From: Snowella sp. | GTDB taxonomy: Bacteria > Cyanobacteriota > Cyanobacteriia > Cyanobacteriales > Microcystaceae | Direction of reading: 5' to 3' | NCBI GenBank assembly: GCA_035285545.1 | Contig: JAYKGY010000110.1 | Coordinates: 1-10,245 of the forward strand | DNA: 10,245 bases | Shown: positions 1 to 7,550 of the stretch, one piece after another | How positions within the stretch are numbered: position 1 is the first letter of the stretch | How the letters are laid out: every line of letters starts with the position of its first letter | Notes under the pieces: model-generated | Told to the model about the DNA's origin: nothing | Databases searched by the model: none | What the model saw: the letters and a program-made list of their open reading frames with translations, nothing else | Program-made: the position numbers and the translations under genes

Positions 1-27
1 ATTTTTTTGAAAATCTCTAGAATAGGA

Positions 28-59
28 CGTAGTATATTCCTTTTTATAAAAATACTACG
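28..59. repeat. Inverted repeat CGTAGTAT-N16-ATACTACG upstream of the recombinase, overlapping the palindrome TTTTTATAAAAA (41-52)
   Basis: 28-35 CGTAGTAT is the exact reverse complement of 52-59 ATACTACG; GTAGTAT recurs at 140-146. Function unknown. Confidence 0.6.
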
Positions 60-68
60 GCAGAGCTT

Positions 69-94
69 AAAAGCCTTTTAAAATAAAGGTTTTT
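69..94. repeat. Imperfect inverted repeat AAAAGCCTTT-N6-AAAGGTTTTT
   Basis: 10-bp arms at 69-78 and 85-94 with one G/T mismatch and a 6-bp spacer. Confidence 0.5.
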
Positions 95-150
95 GTTTTT
101 ACAAATTACTGCTATTTATTCGTCCAGACAGGTGAGTTGGTAGTATCGTA

Positions 151-156
151 TATAAT
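151..156 (+). promoter_or_regulatory. Candidate -10 box of the recombinase promoter
   Basis: Perfect TATAAT 30 nt upstream of ATG 187; the region is AT-rich and no clear -35 was seen. Confidence 0.4.
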
Positions 157-186
157 AATATTTATTCATCTTACTCTTACCGACTT

Positions 187-1824
187 ATGACTCACTTAAT
201 TATCAAGCCTTATACTTTAGCCGATGCTTGGGAACTATATTCAAGATACTTAAAATCTAATGATAAGAGACAGTATTATCTTGTAAAAATGGCTTTGTTT
301 AAATACACTTTACCTGCTTATGGTTTGGTTTACGAAGCAATAGGAACAAAGGCTAAAGATGAAGAGGCTTTAGCTTTTCTTAAAACCATTCACCTAAGTC
401 AATTTGTAGATGTGTTAAACATCCAACAAAGTTTTTTCGATTCTTCTAATATTAAAAAATATGTACAAAGAGCAAATCGTCATCGTCTTAAACAAATGTT
501 AACGTGGTGCAGTTCTCAAGAATGGTGGCAAGCTGCTACGAATACCAACAAAGGATATTATGCTCCTCGAAGACGTAATAATTTAGGTAACGCTCATCAT
601 GCTAAAGTTACTGACCGAAAACGGACAAAAACCTATTGTTTAAAGCCTCATGAAATTTCTTCTGATCTTCAAAAATCTTTAAATGCGCTGGAAAAATTTC
701 AAACTAGAGTACAAGTTAAATATCGACAAGACCCATGCGTCACTAAAATAACCAGTGACAAGACTTGTAGATCACTTCTGCTCATCTTAGGTTGGCTACA
801 TCACTGTCAAGGCATCCCGCTTGCAGAATTAAACTTTCAGTTACTCGATAACATTGACATTGCGTATGATTATACGGAATGGATACGTGAAGAAAATAAA
901 GTTAGCCCTAAAACAGAAGTTATTGCTCTTGTAGCTTTGCTGAATCTAGCTAAATTTCTTCATTATCAAGAATCAGATTATCGCTATTGTAAATCAATTA
1001 ATAAAAATTATATAGATATTCCTTTAATTTGTGATCTACGCGAGTTAATTCGAGTTACAAATGAACGTATTAAGACAGTACAAAAAACAGTTAATGAGTC
1101 CGTAAAGTGGCTTGATTGGCCAGACTATCTTCTTTGTGTTCAATATCTTTTAAAAGATTGTTCTCCTTATACTTCAGACGGTCAAGCTCGCACTCCAAGA
1201 GCTATTGCTGGTAGTTATCAAAAGTATTTAATTGCTGCTCTTTTAGCTTATATGCCACCTGATCGGCAACGTACTTTTCGAGAGTTAGAAGTTGGTAAAA
1301 CACTAGTTAGAGGAAGTGTTAAAAACAGTATTTTTATTCCCCAAATTAATGGTAAGTGGTATATCAAGTTAGGGCCAGCACACTATAAAACAGGAAAAGC
1401 TTATGGAGAGATTATATTGGAAGTTCCAGAAATTATTTATTCTGAACTAGAATACTGGCTTAATCATTGGAGGCAAGTTCTTTCTCCTAATCATAATTTT
1501 ATTTTTACTCAATTAAATGGAAAACCCTTGACTTCTGGAAGCCTTCGGGGTCTATTTCGCCATGCTATTTATCGAGCTAGTAAAGTTCTTTTTGGAGAAG
1601 GAAAAGCCCCTAATCCTCATTTAGTTCGTGATATGGCAGTTACTCATTTTGTCCGAGAGGGAGCATCTGAAGCCCAAATGGAAGCTTTAGCGATCGCTAT
1701 GAAACATAGCCGACGAACTCAAAGAGAAATTTATGATCGTCGTACACAAAATGAAAAAGTCGCTCCCGCCCAAGACATGATGCTTAAAGCTGCTGAGCAA
1801 GTAGCAAAAAAAGTGATTATTTAG
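187..1824 (+). CDS. Tyrosine recombinase / phage integrase family protein with long N-terminal region
   Basis: Catalytic residues in the expected order in the C-terminal part: R (MPPDRQRTFREL), K (HYKTGKAYG), HxxR (PNPHLVRD), H (AMKHS), Y (REIYDRR). Confidence 0.85.
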   Translation: MTHLIIKPYTLADAWELYSRYLKSNDKRQYYLVKMALFKYTLPAYGLVYEAIGTKAKDEEALAFLKTIHLSQFVDVLNIQQSFFDSSNIKKYVQRANRHRLKQMLTWCSSQEWWQAATNTNKGYYAPRRRNNLGNAHHAKVTDRKRTKTYCLKPHEISSDLQKSLNALEKFQTRVQVKYRQDPCVTKITSDKTCRSLLLILGWLHHCQGIPLAELNFQLLDNIDIAYDYTEWIREENKVSPKTEVIALVALLNLAKFLHYQESDYRYCKSINKNYIDIPLICDLRELIRVTNERIKTVQKTVNESVKWLDWPDYLLCVQYLLKDCSPYTSDGQARTPRAIAGSYQKYLIAALLAYMPPDRQRTFRELEVGKTLVRGSVKNSIFIPQINGKWYIKLGPAHYKTGKAYGEIILEVPEIIYSELEYWLNHWRQVLSPNHNFIFTQLNGKPLTSGSLRGLFRHAIYRASKVLFGEGKAPNPHLVRDMAVTHFVREGASEAQMEALAIAMKHSRRTQREIYDRRTQNEKVAPAQDMMLKAAEQVAKKVII

Positions 1825-1919
1825 TATTTTCTTAATTTTTATTGGCTAATCGTTCATTATTTTTTCAAATGTTATCGAGCACAGCTTCAATGTTGAGTTA
1901 TTGCTTATTTTGCATGAGC

Positions 1920-2279
1920 TTATTTATTTTCGTCTTTTTGCCTTGGCGAAATGTCGGACAGGTGAATATCTATATTTTCACCTTGTCGCCATTTTAACCA
2001 TGCAGCAAGGAGACCATCTACCAATTCAGACTTATCTAACTCGATTCCTTGGCGTTTAAGTTCATAAAGCTCTCCTTCAATATCTAAATCTGTCTTTTTG
2101 CGAATGTAGTAAGTTCGGCCGAGCCAATTGGGGTCGCTGCGTTTACCTGTAGCGGGTCTACCTCGTTTATTCAGTTCAGTGGGAGGGACGGATTGACTTA
2201 CAGGAGGCTCAGGACGAGCTTCTGATTGACTACGCCGATTGTCGGCTATTTTTTTGAAGAGGTTACTGGGGTCTGTCAT
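1920..2279 (-). CDS. Small ParA partner, putative centromere-binding protein (ParG-like, ribbon-helix-helix type)
   Basis: ATGA overlap with parA (2276-2279); Pro/Ser-rich flexible N-terminus, KRGRP..GKRSDP motif, then a strand-helix-helix pattern (RTYYIRK...DKSELVDGLLAAWL). This is the type Ib partition layout. Confidence 0.7.
   Translation of the reverse strand: MTDPSNLFKKIADNRRSQSEARPEPPVSQSVPPTELNKRGRPATGKRSDPNWLGRTYYIRKKTDLDIEGELYELKRQGIELDKSELVDGLLAAWLKWRQGENIDIHLSDISPRQKDENK
1935..1951 (-). repeat. 17-bp repeat copy 1 (TTTCGCCAAGGCAAAAA on the minus strand) inside the 3' end of the ParA-partner gene; candidate centromere site
   Basis: Exact reverse complement of 2921-2937. Confidence 0.7.
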
Positions 2280-2863
2280 GACAGGATCTCCTTGCCAATG
2301 GATTCATATTCTTTCCACGCGATATTTGCCATACGGTCTTTGATGTTATAGACAGGAACTCCTTGCAAAGATGCTTTTTCGTAAGCAATTAGTCGATGGA
2401 TTTCTCCTGTAAACAAGGGCAAGTCTGACAAAGCTTCTCTGGCCATTTTTGCCATCTTGACGGGTTTGGGATGAACCATTGTCAATAGAACTCGATAACG
2501 TTCCCTGTCGAGTCCTTGCAGAATATCAATGGTTTGAATGAGAGCATCGATCGCGAGGGCATCGGGGGTGGTAGGTAGAACCAACAAATTACATCCTTCG
2601 GCTAAAGCTTGAAGCTCACTTTCATCAGGTCGCGCTGCGGTATCAATAATAATGTGTTCGTATTTGGGAGAGTAAAGAGCGGCTTGCATCAAATCCACTA
2701 CTTTAAAAGGCAAAGAACCCCGCTTACTCCAGCCTGTTGCGCTGCGGTTAGGATCGCCATCGACCAAGAGGGTATCTCCCAGCTTGGCAAAATAACAAGC
2801 AAGATGGACAGCAGTGGTTGTCTTGCCTACGCCCCCTTTGAAGCCAGCTACAGTGATCAGCAC
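2276..2863 (-). CDS. parA: ParA family partition ATPase (short, ParF-like, no N-terminal HTH)
   Basis: Deviant Walker A KGGVGKTT, A' motif LLVDGDPN, Walker B IIIDT; 195 aa; GTG start with GAGGA at 2873-2877 on the minus strand. Confidence 0.93.
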   Translation of the reverse strand: MLITVAGFKGGVGKTTTAVHLACYFAKLGDTLLVDGDPNRSATGWSKRGSLPFKVVDLMQAALYSPKYEHIIIDTAARPDESELQALAEGCNLLVLPTTPDALAIDALIQTIDILQGLDRERYRVLLTMVHPKPVKMAKMAREALSDLPLFTGEIHRLIAYEKASLQGVPVYNIKDRMANIAWKEYESIGKEILS

Positions 2864-2900
2864 GGATTATGTTCCTCAGAAATTAGTATTAGTGTAATGC

Positions 2901-2950
2901 GCCTTTTCGCCTTTGTCTATTTTCGCCAAGGCAAAAATCTAAAATTTTAA
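2901..2950 (+). repeat. 17-bp repeat copy 2 (2921-2937) within an 8-bp-period array upstream of parA; candidate centromere/operator
   Basis: GCCTTTTC GCCTTTGT CTATTTTC GCCAAGGC AAAAATCT AAAATTTT; the core TTTTCGCC-AA-GGCAAAAA is an imperfect palindrome. Confidence 0.7.
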
Positions 2951-3008
2951 ATTGTTATATTGTCGGATTATCAACGCTCTTTACCTGTTTTGATTGTTTT
3001 TTATGTCT

Positions 3009-3068
3009 CTGACTTTTCGCCAATTCAAAAATATAAAAATACAAAAACTTGAATTGGTGGATTGTCAG
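3009..3068. repeat. Third repeat copy (3015-3031, 15/17 match) inside a 60-bp imperfect palindrome
   Basis: TTTCGCCAATTCAAAAA at 3015-3031; arms CTGAC (3009-3013)/GTCAG (3064-3068) and CCAATTCAA (3020-3028)/TTGAATTGG (3049-3057) share one dyad; CAAAAATA TAAAAATA CAAAAACT runs through the loop. Confidence 0.65.
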
Positions 3069-3198
3069 TAATTTACTAGGCTTAGATGAGCTTGCTGGTT
3101 GCTTTTTGCTCAATTTTTGAGATCACTTGATTTCCCGTATTCCTGTAATCTTGAAGTTGGCTCTAATGTGGGCTGTTGTCGGGATAGGGAGTTAACCT

Positions 3199-5604
3199 GT
3201 GGCAATCAAAAAATCAGAACTTTACTCTTCTCTGTGGTCTAGCTGCGATGAACTGCGGGGCGGGATGGATGCCAGCCAGTACAAGGATTACGTGTTGGTA
3301 TTGCTGTTTGTGAAATACGTCAGCGACAAATATGCAGGACAGCCCTATGCAGAGATTACAGTGCCAGAGGGGGCTTCTTTTCAGGATATGGTCGCCCTCA
3401 AAGGAAATAAAGATATCGGCGATCGCGTAAATAAGGAAATTATTGGGCCGTTGGCAGAAGCAAATGGATTGTCCTCCATGCCTGACTTTAATGACGAGGC
3501 GAAATTGGGCAAAGGCAAGGAGATGGTTGATCGTCTGACGAAATTGATCGCCATTTTTGAAAGTCTGGATTTCTCGCGGAATCGGGCGGATGGGGATGAC
3601 ATCTTAGGAGATGCCTATGAATACCTGATGCGGCACTTTGCAACGGAAAGCGGCAAAAGTAAAGGACAGTTTTATACCCCCGCAGAAGTGAGTCGGGTAA
3701 TCGCTCAGATTTTGGGCATTCATGAAGCTGAGACAACACCTCGAACGACAGTTTATGACCCTACTTGTGGATCGGGTTCGTTATTGCTGAAGGTGGCAGA
3801 TGCCGCAACAACACCAGTAACCTTAGAAGGGCAAGAGAAAGACTCAGCGACCGCAGGCTTGGCTCGGATGAACATGATCCTGCATCAGCACCCAACGGCG
3901 GAAATTGTTCAGGGCAACACGTTAACCTCTCCCCATTTCACAAAAGATGACGGTAGCCTCAAAACCTACGATTATGTGGTTGCTAATCCACCCTTTAGTG
4001 ATAAACGTTGGAGTACAGGCTTAAATCCAGAAGAAGATGCCTATGGACGATTTGAGGGCTTTGGGATTCCTCCCGCTAAGCAAGGCGATTATGCCTATTT
4101 ACTGCATATTGCGCGATCGCTGAAGAGTACGGGCAAAGGGGCTTGTATTTTGCCGCACGGGGTTTTGTTCCGAGGAAATGCAGAGGCAGAAATTCGACGC
4201 AATTTAATCCAACGGGGCTATATCAAGGGCATTATTGGGTTACCTGCTAACCTTTTCTATGGAACGGGGATTCCTGCCTGTATCGTGGTTTTGGATAAGG
4301 AAGGGGCAGAAACTCGTGAGGGCATTTTTATGATGGATGCCAGTGCGGGATTTATGAAGGATGGTAATAAAAACCGTTTACGCGATCGCGACATTCACCG
4401 CATTGTTGATGTCTTTAAGCGACAGTTAGAAATACCCAAGTTTTCTCGTTTTGTCTTGAATTCAGAGATTAAGGCGAATGAGTTTAATTTAAATATTCCT
4501 CGTTATATTGATTCCCAAGCAGAGGAAGATATCCAAGACATTGAGGGACATCTTCAGGGAGGCATTCCTGATCGGGATTTGGCCAGCTTGGCCCAGTATT
4601 GGGAAATTTGCCCCAATTTGAAGTCAGCCCTATTCCAGCCGTTACGTTCAGGTTATTCCCAGTTAGTGGTGGAATCATCCCAGATCAAGTCAACCATTGC
4701 CACCCAAGGGGAATTCATCAGTTTTATGGACTCTATGACGGCTCTTTTTGTCGAGTGGCGATCGCGGTGGATAGAACGTTTGCAGGAATTGGAATTAGGT
4801 TTTAAGCCCAAGTCTTTGGTTTTGGAAATGGGCGAGAGTTTACTGGCTTGTTATGAGGGTAAGCCGTTAGTCGATGCCTACGGGATTTATCAGCATTTGC
4901 TCGATTATTGGGCGGAGGTGATGCAGGATGACTGTTATCTAATTACAGATAATGGTTGGAAGGCAGAAACGAGACGATTAACCGAACGGAAGGAAAACAA
5001 GGACGGCAAGGTTACAGAGAAGGATAAAGGCTGGATTTGTGATCTGATTCCCAAGGAGTTGATCATTGCCCGTTACTTTGCAGCAGAGCAGGAAGCCCTC
5101 GCTCAATTGGAGGCAGATTTGGAAACGGTGACGGCGGAACGGACAGAACTAGAGGAGGAGCATTCAGGAGAGGAAGGATTTTTTGCAGAATTCGACAAGA
5201 TCAATAAGGCAAGTGTGGCAAGTCGATTGAAAGATATTAAGGATGATCGTCAGGCAAAGGATGAGGCGGAGGTGTTAAAGCTGTGGCAGCGTCTTTCTAA
5301 TCGGGAGGCGGATTTGAAGCGGTCAATTAAGGAGAAAGAGGAGGTTTTGGATCGGTTGGCCTATAACAAATATCCGCAGTTATCGGTGGCTGAGGTGCAG
5401 TCTTTGGTGATAGAAGATAAGTGGATGGCGAAGTTACAAGAGGCGATTCAAGGGGAGGTGGATCGGATTTCTCAGGGTTTAACTCAACGGGTTAAGGTAT
5501 TGGCAGAACGATATGAAAAGCCGTTGCCTCAGTTAAGCAATCGTGTTGCTATGTTGGAGAGTAAGGTGGCAAAACATTTAGAAAAAATGGGATTTTCTTT
5601 GTAA
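3199..5604 (+). CDS. hsdm: Type I restriction-modification methyltransferase subunit M (long form, predicted m6A)
   Basis: HsdM N-terminus (LWSSCDELRGGMDASQYKDY), GQFYTP, SAM-binding motif I DPTCGSG, catalytic motif IV NPPF, NLNIPRYID; GTG start after AGGGAG (3186-3191). Confidence 0.97.
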   Translation: MAIKKSELYSSLWSSCDELRGGMDASQYKDYVLVLLFVKYVSDKYAGQPYAEITVPEGASFQDMVALKGNKDIGDRVNKEIIGPLAEANGLSSMPDFNDEAKLGKGKEMVDRLTKLIAIFESLDFSRNRADGDDILGDAYEYLMRHFATESGKSKGQFYTPAEVSRVIAQILGIHEAETTPRTTVYDPTCGSGSLLLKVADAATTPVTLEGQEKDSATAGLARMNMILHQHPTAEIVQGNTLTSPHFTKDDGSLKTYDYVVANPPFSDKRWSTGLNPEEDAYGRFEGFGIPPAKQGDYAYLLHIARSLKSTGKGACILPHGVLFRGNAEAEIRRNLIQRGYIKGIIGLPANLFYGTGIPACIVVLDKEGAETREGIFMMDASAGFMKDGNKNRLRDRDIHRIVDVFKRQLEIPKFSRFVLNSEIKANEFNLNIPRYIDSQAEEDIQDIEGHLQGGIPDRDLASLAQYWEICPNLKSALFQPLRSGYSQLVVESSQIKSTIATQGEFISFMDSMTALFVEWRSRWIERLQELELGFKPKSLVLEMGESLLACYEGKPLVDAYGIYQHLLDYWAEVMQDDCYLITDNGWKAETRRLTERKENKDGKVTEKDKGWICDLIPKELIIARYFAAEQEALAQLEADLETVTAERTELEEEHSGEEGFFAEFDKINKASVASRLKDIKDDRQAKDEAEVLKLWQRLSNREADLKRSIKEKEEVLDRLAYNKYPQLSVAEVQSLVIEDKWMAKLQEAIQGEVDRISQGLTQRVKVLAERYEKPLPQLSNRVAMLESKVAKHLEKMGFSL

Positions 5605-5622
5605 TTTATTTAGGAGTTATCA

Positions 5623-5874
5623 ATGAGCATTGAACAAACAATTTTAGAAAACCTTAAGGTACTTTCACCTTTACAGCAACAAGAATTATTAGATTTTAGT
5701 GAATTCCTAAAGCATAAAAGTGCGAGTCATACGTCCTTATCAGAAAAACAGAATTCTGATCAACCTCAGAATTGTTATGATTTGGCTTTGGAATTAGGTG
5801 TAATTGGTGTCGCTGAAAATTTACCACCTGATTTAAGTACCAATCCAGCTTATTTTGAGGGATTCGGAACGTAA
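5623..5874 (+). CDS. Putative antitoxin (DUF2281-like N-terminus), TA pair 1
   Basis: 83 aa; LSPLQQQELLDFSEFLK resembles DUF2281 proteins; acidic C-terminus; AGGAG at 5612-5616; TAATG overlap with the downstream PIN gene. Confidence 0.75.
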   Translation: MSIEQTILENLKVLSPLQQQELLDFSEFLKHKSASHTSLSEKQNSDQPQNCYDLALELGVIGVAENLPPDLSTNPAYFEGFGT

Positions 5875-6287
5875 TGAATCAAAAAATTATTATTGATGCG
5901 AGTCCTTTAGTTGCGATTCTTTCACCCCGCGATAATTATCATCAGTCTTGTGTAGCTACGCTTAAGTTGATCCAGCCGCCACTGTTAACAACATGGGCAG
6001 TTTTGACTGAAGTTCTTTGGTTAATTCGTGGTAATTCAATTGCAATTAATCAGCTTTTTTTGATGTTAGAAAGAGGATTAATTGAGATTGATCCGTTAGC
6101 CGAGGATGCCGTCATTTGGCTTAAAGATTTTATGATGAAATATCATGATATGGGCGTACAAGTAGCAGACGCTTCTCTTTGTTATCTGGCGGAAAAGTAT
6201 GAAATAAATACAATTTTTACGCTTGATCGAAGAGATTTTTCAATCTATCGTATTAAAGGTAATCAGGTTCTAAAAATTATTCCTTAA
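5874..6287 (+). CDS. vapC: PIN-domain (VapC family) toxin, TA pair 1
   Basis: Acidic PIN residues in IIIDAS, AVLTE, VADAS, IFTLDRRDF; 137 aa. Confidence 0.9.
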   Translation: MNQKIIIDASPLVAILSPRDNYHQSCVATLKLIQPPLLTTWAVLTEVLWLIRGNSIAINQLFLMLERGLIEIDPLAEDAVIWLKDFMMKYHDMGVQVADASLCYLAEKYEINTIFTLDRRDFSIYRIKGNQVLKIIP

Positions 6288-6303
6288 CGATCAATTAATA
6301 CCT

Positions 6304-7548
6304 ATGGATTTTCAAGTTAAGCAAGGTTATAAGAAGACTGAAGTAGGCATTATTCCTGAAGATTGGGAAGTTACTACTTTTGAAAAGATTGCAAACATTA
6401 TTGATCCTCAACCAGACCATAGAACGCCGCCAGAATCTTCTAGGGGAGAGCCATATATTGGTATTAGCGATTTTCTGAATGAGACAACTATAGACTGGGA
6501 AAACTGTCGAAAAATTATCCCTCAAGCGATGAATAAACAACAAGCTAGTTTTAAACTTACTAAAGGAGATATTATTTTTGGAAAAATTGGAACGATAGGA
6601 TTACCAAAATTTCTTCCTGTGACAAACTTTCGTTATTCTTTAAGCGCAAATGTAATTCTGATTAAGCCAAAAATTCCCTCTCATTTTTGTATGGCATGGC
6701 TAAAATCTAGTGTAATTCAAAAGCTCATAAACCAAGATCTTCATAGCACATCACAATCGGCGTTTGGAATCTTAAAAATGAGACAATTATTGATTCCACT
6801 ACCCCCGATCGCTGAACAAGAAAAAATAGCAGAAGCCTTATCAGACGTTGATTCTCTGATTGAGTCTTTAGAGGAGCTTATTGCCAAAAAACGCCACATC
6901 AAACAGGGCGCGATGCAGGAATTACTCACGGGAAAAAAGCGATTAAGTGGATTTAAACAGAATGCAGGTTATAAACAAACAGAACTCGGTTTAATTCCCG
7001 AAGATTGGAATATTTGTAAGTTAGGTGAAGCAGTAGACTTTCTAGATGGACAAAGACGGCCAATTAAAGCTTCAGATAGAGAAAAAATAAAAGGAGATTA
7101 TCCATACTATGGCGCATCTGGAATTGTTGATTATGTTAACAACTATTTATTTGATGAGGATTTAATTTTATTAGGTGAAGATGGTGAAAATATTTTAAGT
7201 CGAGCTTTGCCATTAGTTTTTATTGCAAAAGGTAAATTTTGGGTAAACAATCATGCTCACGTCCTAAAACCTAATAATAGTTTCAACATTAAGTATTTAG
7301 CTGCGTTTTTAGAAAGTCTTGATTATTCTCTACTAAACTCAGGTACTGCTCAGCCAAAGCTCAATCAACAAACTTGCCTAAAAATAGAGGTTTTAAAGCC
7401 TTCAAAAGCAGAACAAACAGCGATCGCCGAAGTATTAACTGATATGGATAACGAAATTACTGCTCTAGAGGAAAAACTCAACAAAGCCCGTCAACTCAAA
7501 CAGGGCATGATGCAAGAACTACTAACAGGAAAAACTCGGTTAATTTGA
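6304..7548 (+). CDS. hsdS: Type I restriction-modification specificity subunit S (two TRDs)
   Basis: Duplicated conserved segments GYKKTEVGIIPEDW/GYKQTELGLIPEDW, PPIAEQEKIAEALSDVD/PSKAEQTAIAEVLTDMD and KQGAMQELLTGKKRL/KQGMMQELLTGKTRL flank two dissimilar variable domains. Confidence 0.97.
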   Translation: MDFQVKQGYKKTEVGIIPEDWEVTTFEKIANIIDPQPDHRTPPESSRGEPYIGISDFLNETTIDWENCRKIIPQAMNKQQASFKLTKGDIIFGKIGTIGLPKFLPVTNFRYSLSANVILIKPKIPSHFCMAWLKSSVIQKLINQDLHSTSQSAFGILKMRQLLIPLPPIAEQEKIAEALSDVDSLIESLEELIAKKRHIKQGAMQELLTGKKRLSGFKQNAGYKQTELGLIPEDWNICKLGEAVDFLDGQRRPIKASDREKIKGDYPYYGASGIVDYVNNYLFDEDLILLGEDGENILSRALPLVFIAKGKFWVNNHAHVLKPNNSFNIKYLAAFLESLDYSLLNSGTAQPKLNQQTCLKIEVLKPSKAEQTAIAEVLTDMDNEITALEEKLNKARQLKQGMMQELLTGKTRLI

Positions 7549-7550
7549 AG

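Noticed and set aside
127..1965. Direct repeat GACAGGTGA (127-135 and 1957-1965) flanking the recombinase as possible att sites
   Set aside because: A 9-bp match is expected by chance over 2 kb, and one copy lies inside a coding region.
2609..2950. 113-aa + strand ORF
   Set aside because: Antisense shadow of parA running into the repeat region; no recognisable motif.
3381..4805. Small ORFs 3381-3602, 3488-3739, 3765-3950, 4484-4678 and 4599-4805
   Set aside because: All lie inside hsdM, antisense or in another frame; no motifs.
6295..6929. Minus-strand ORFs 6295-6543 and 6741-6929
   Set aside because: Antisense shadows of hsdS.
6304..7548. Phase-variable hsdS shufflon driven by the recombinase
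   Set aside because: No silent or inverted hsdS copy and no inverted repeats around the TRDs in this window; copies outside the window cannot be excluded.
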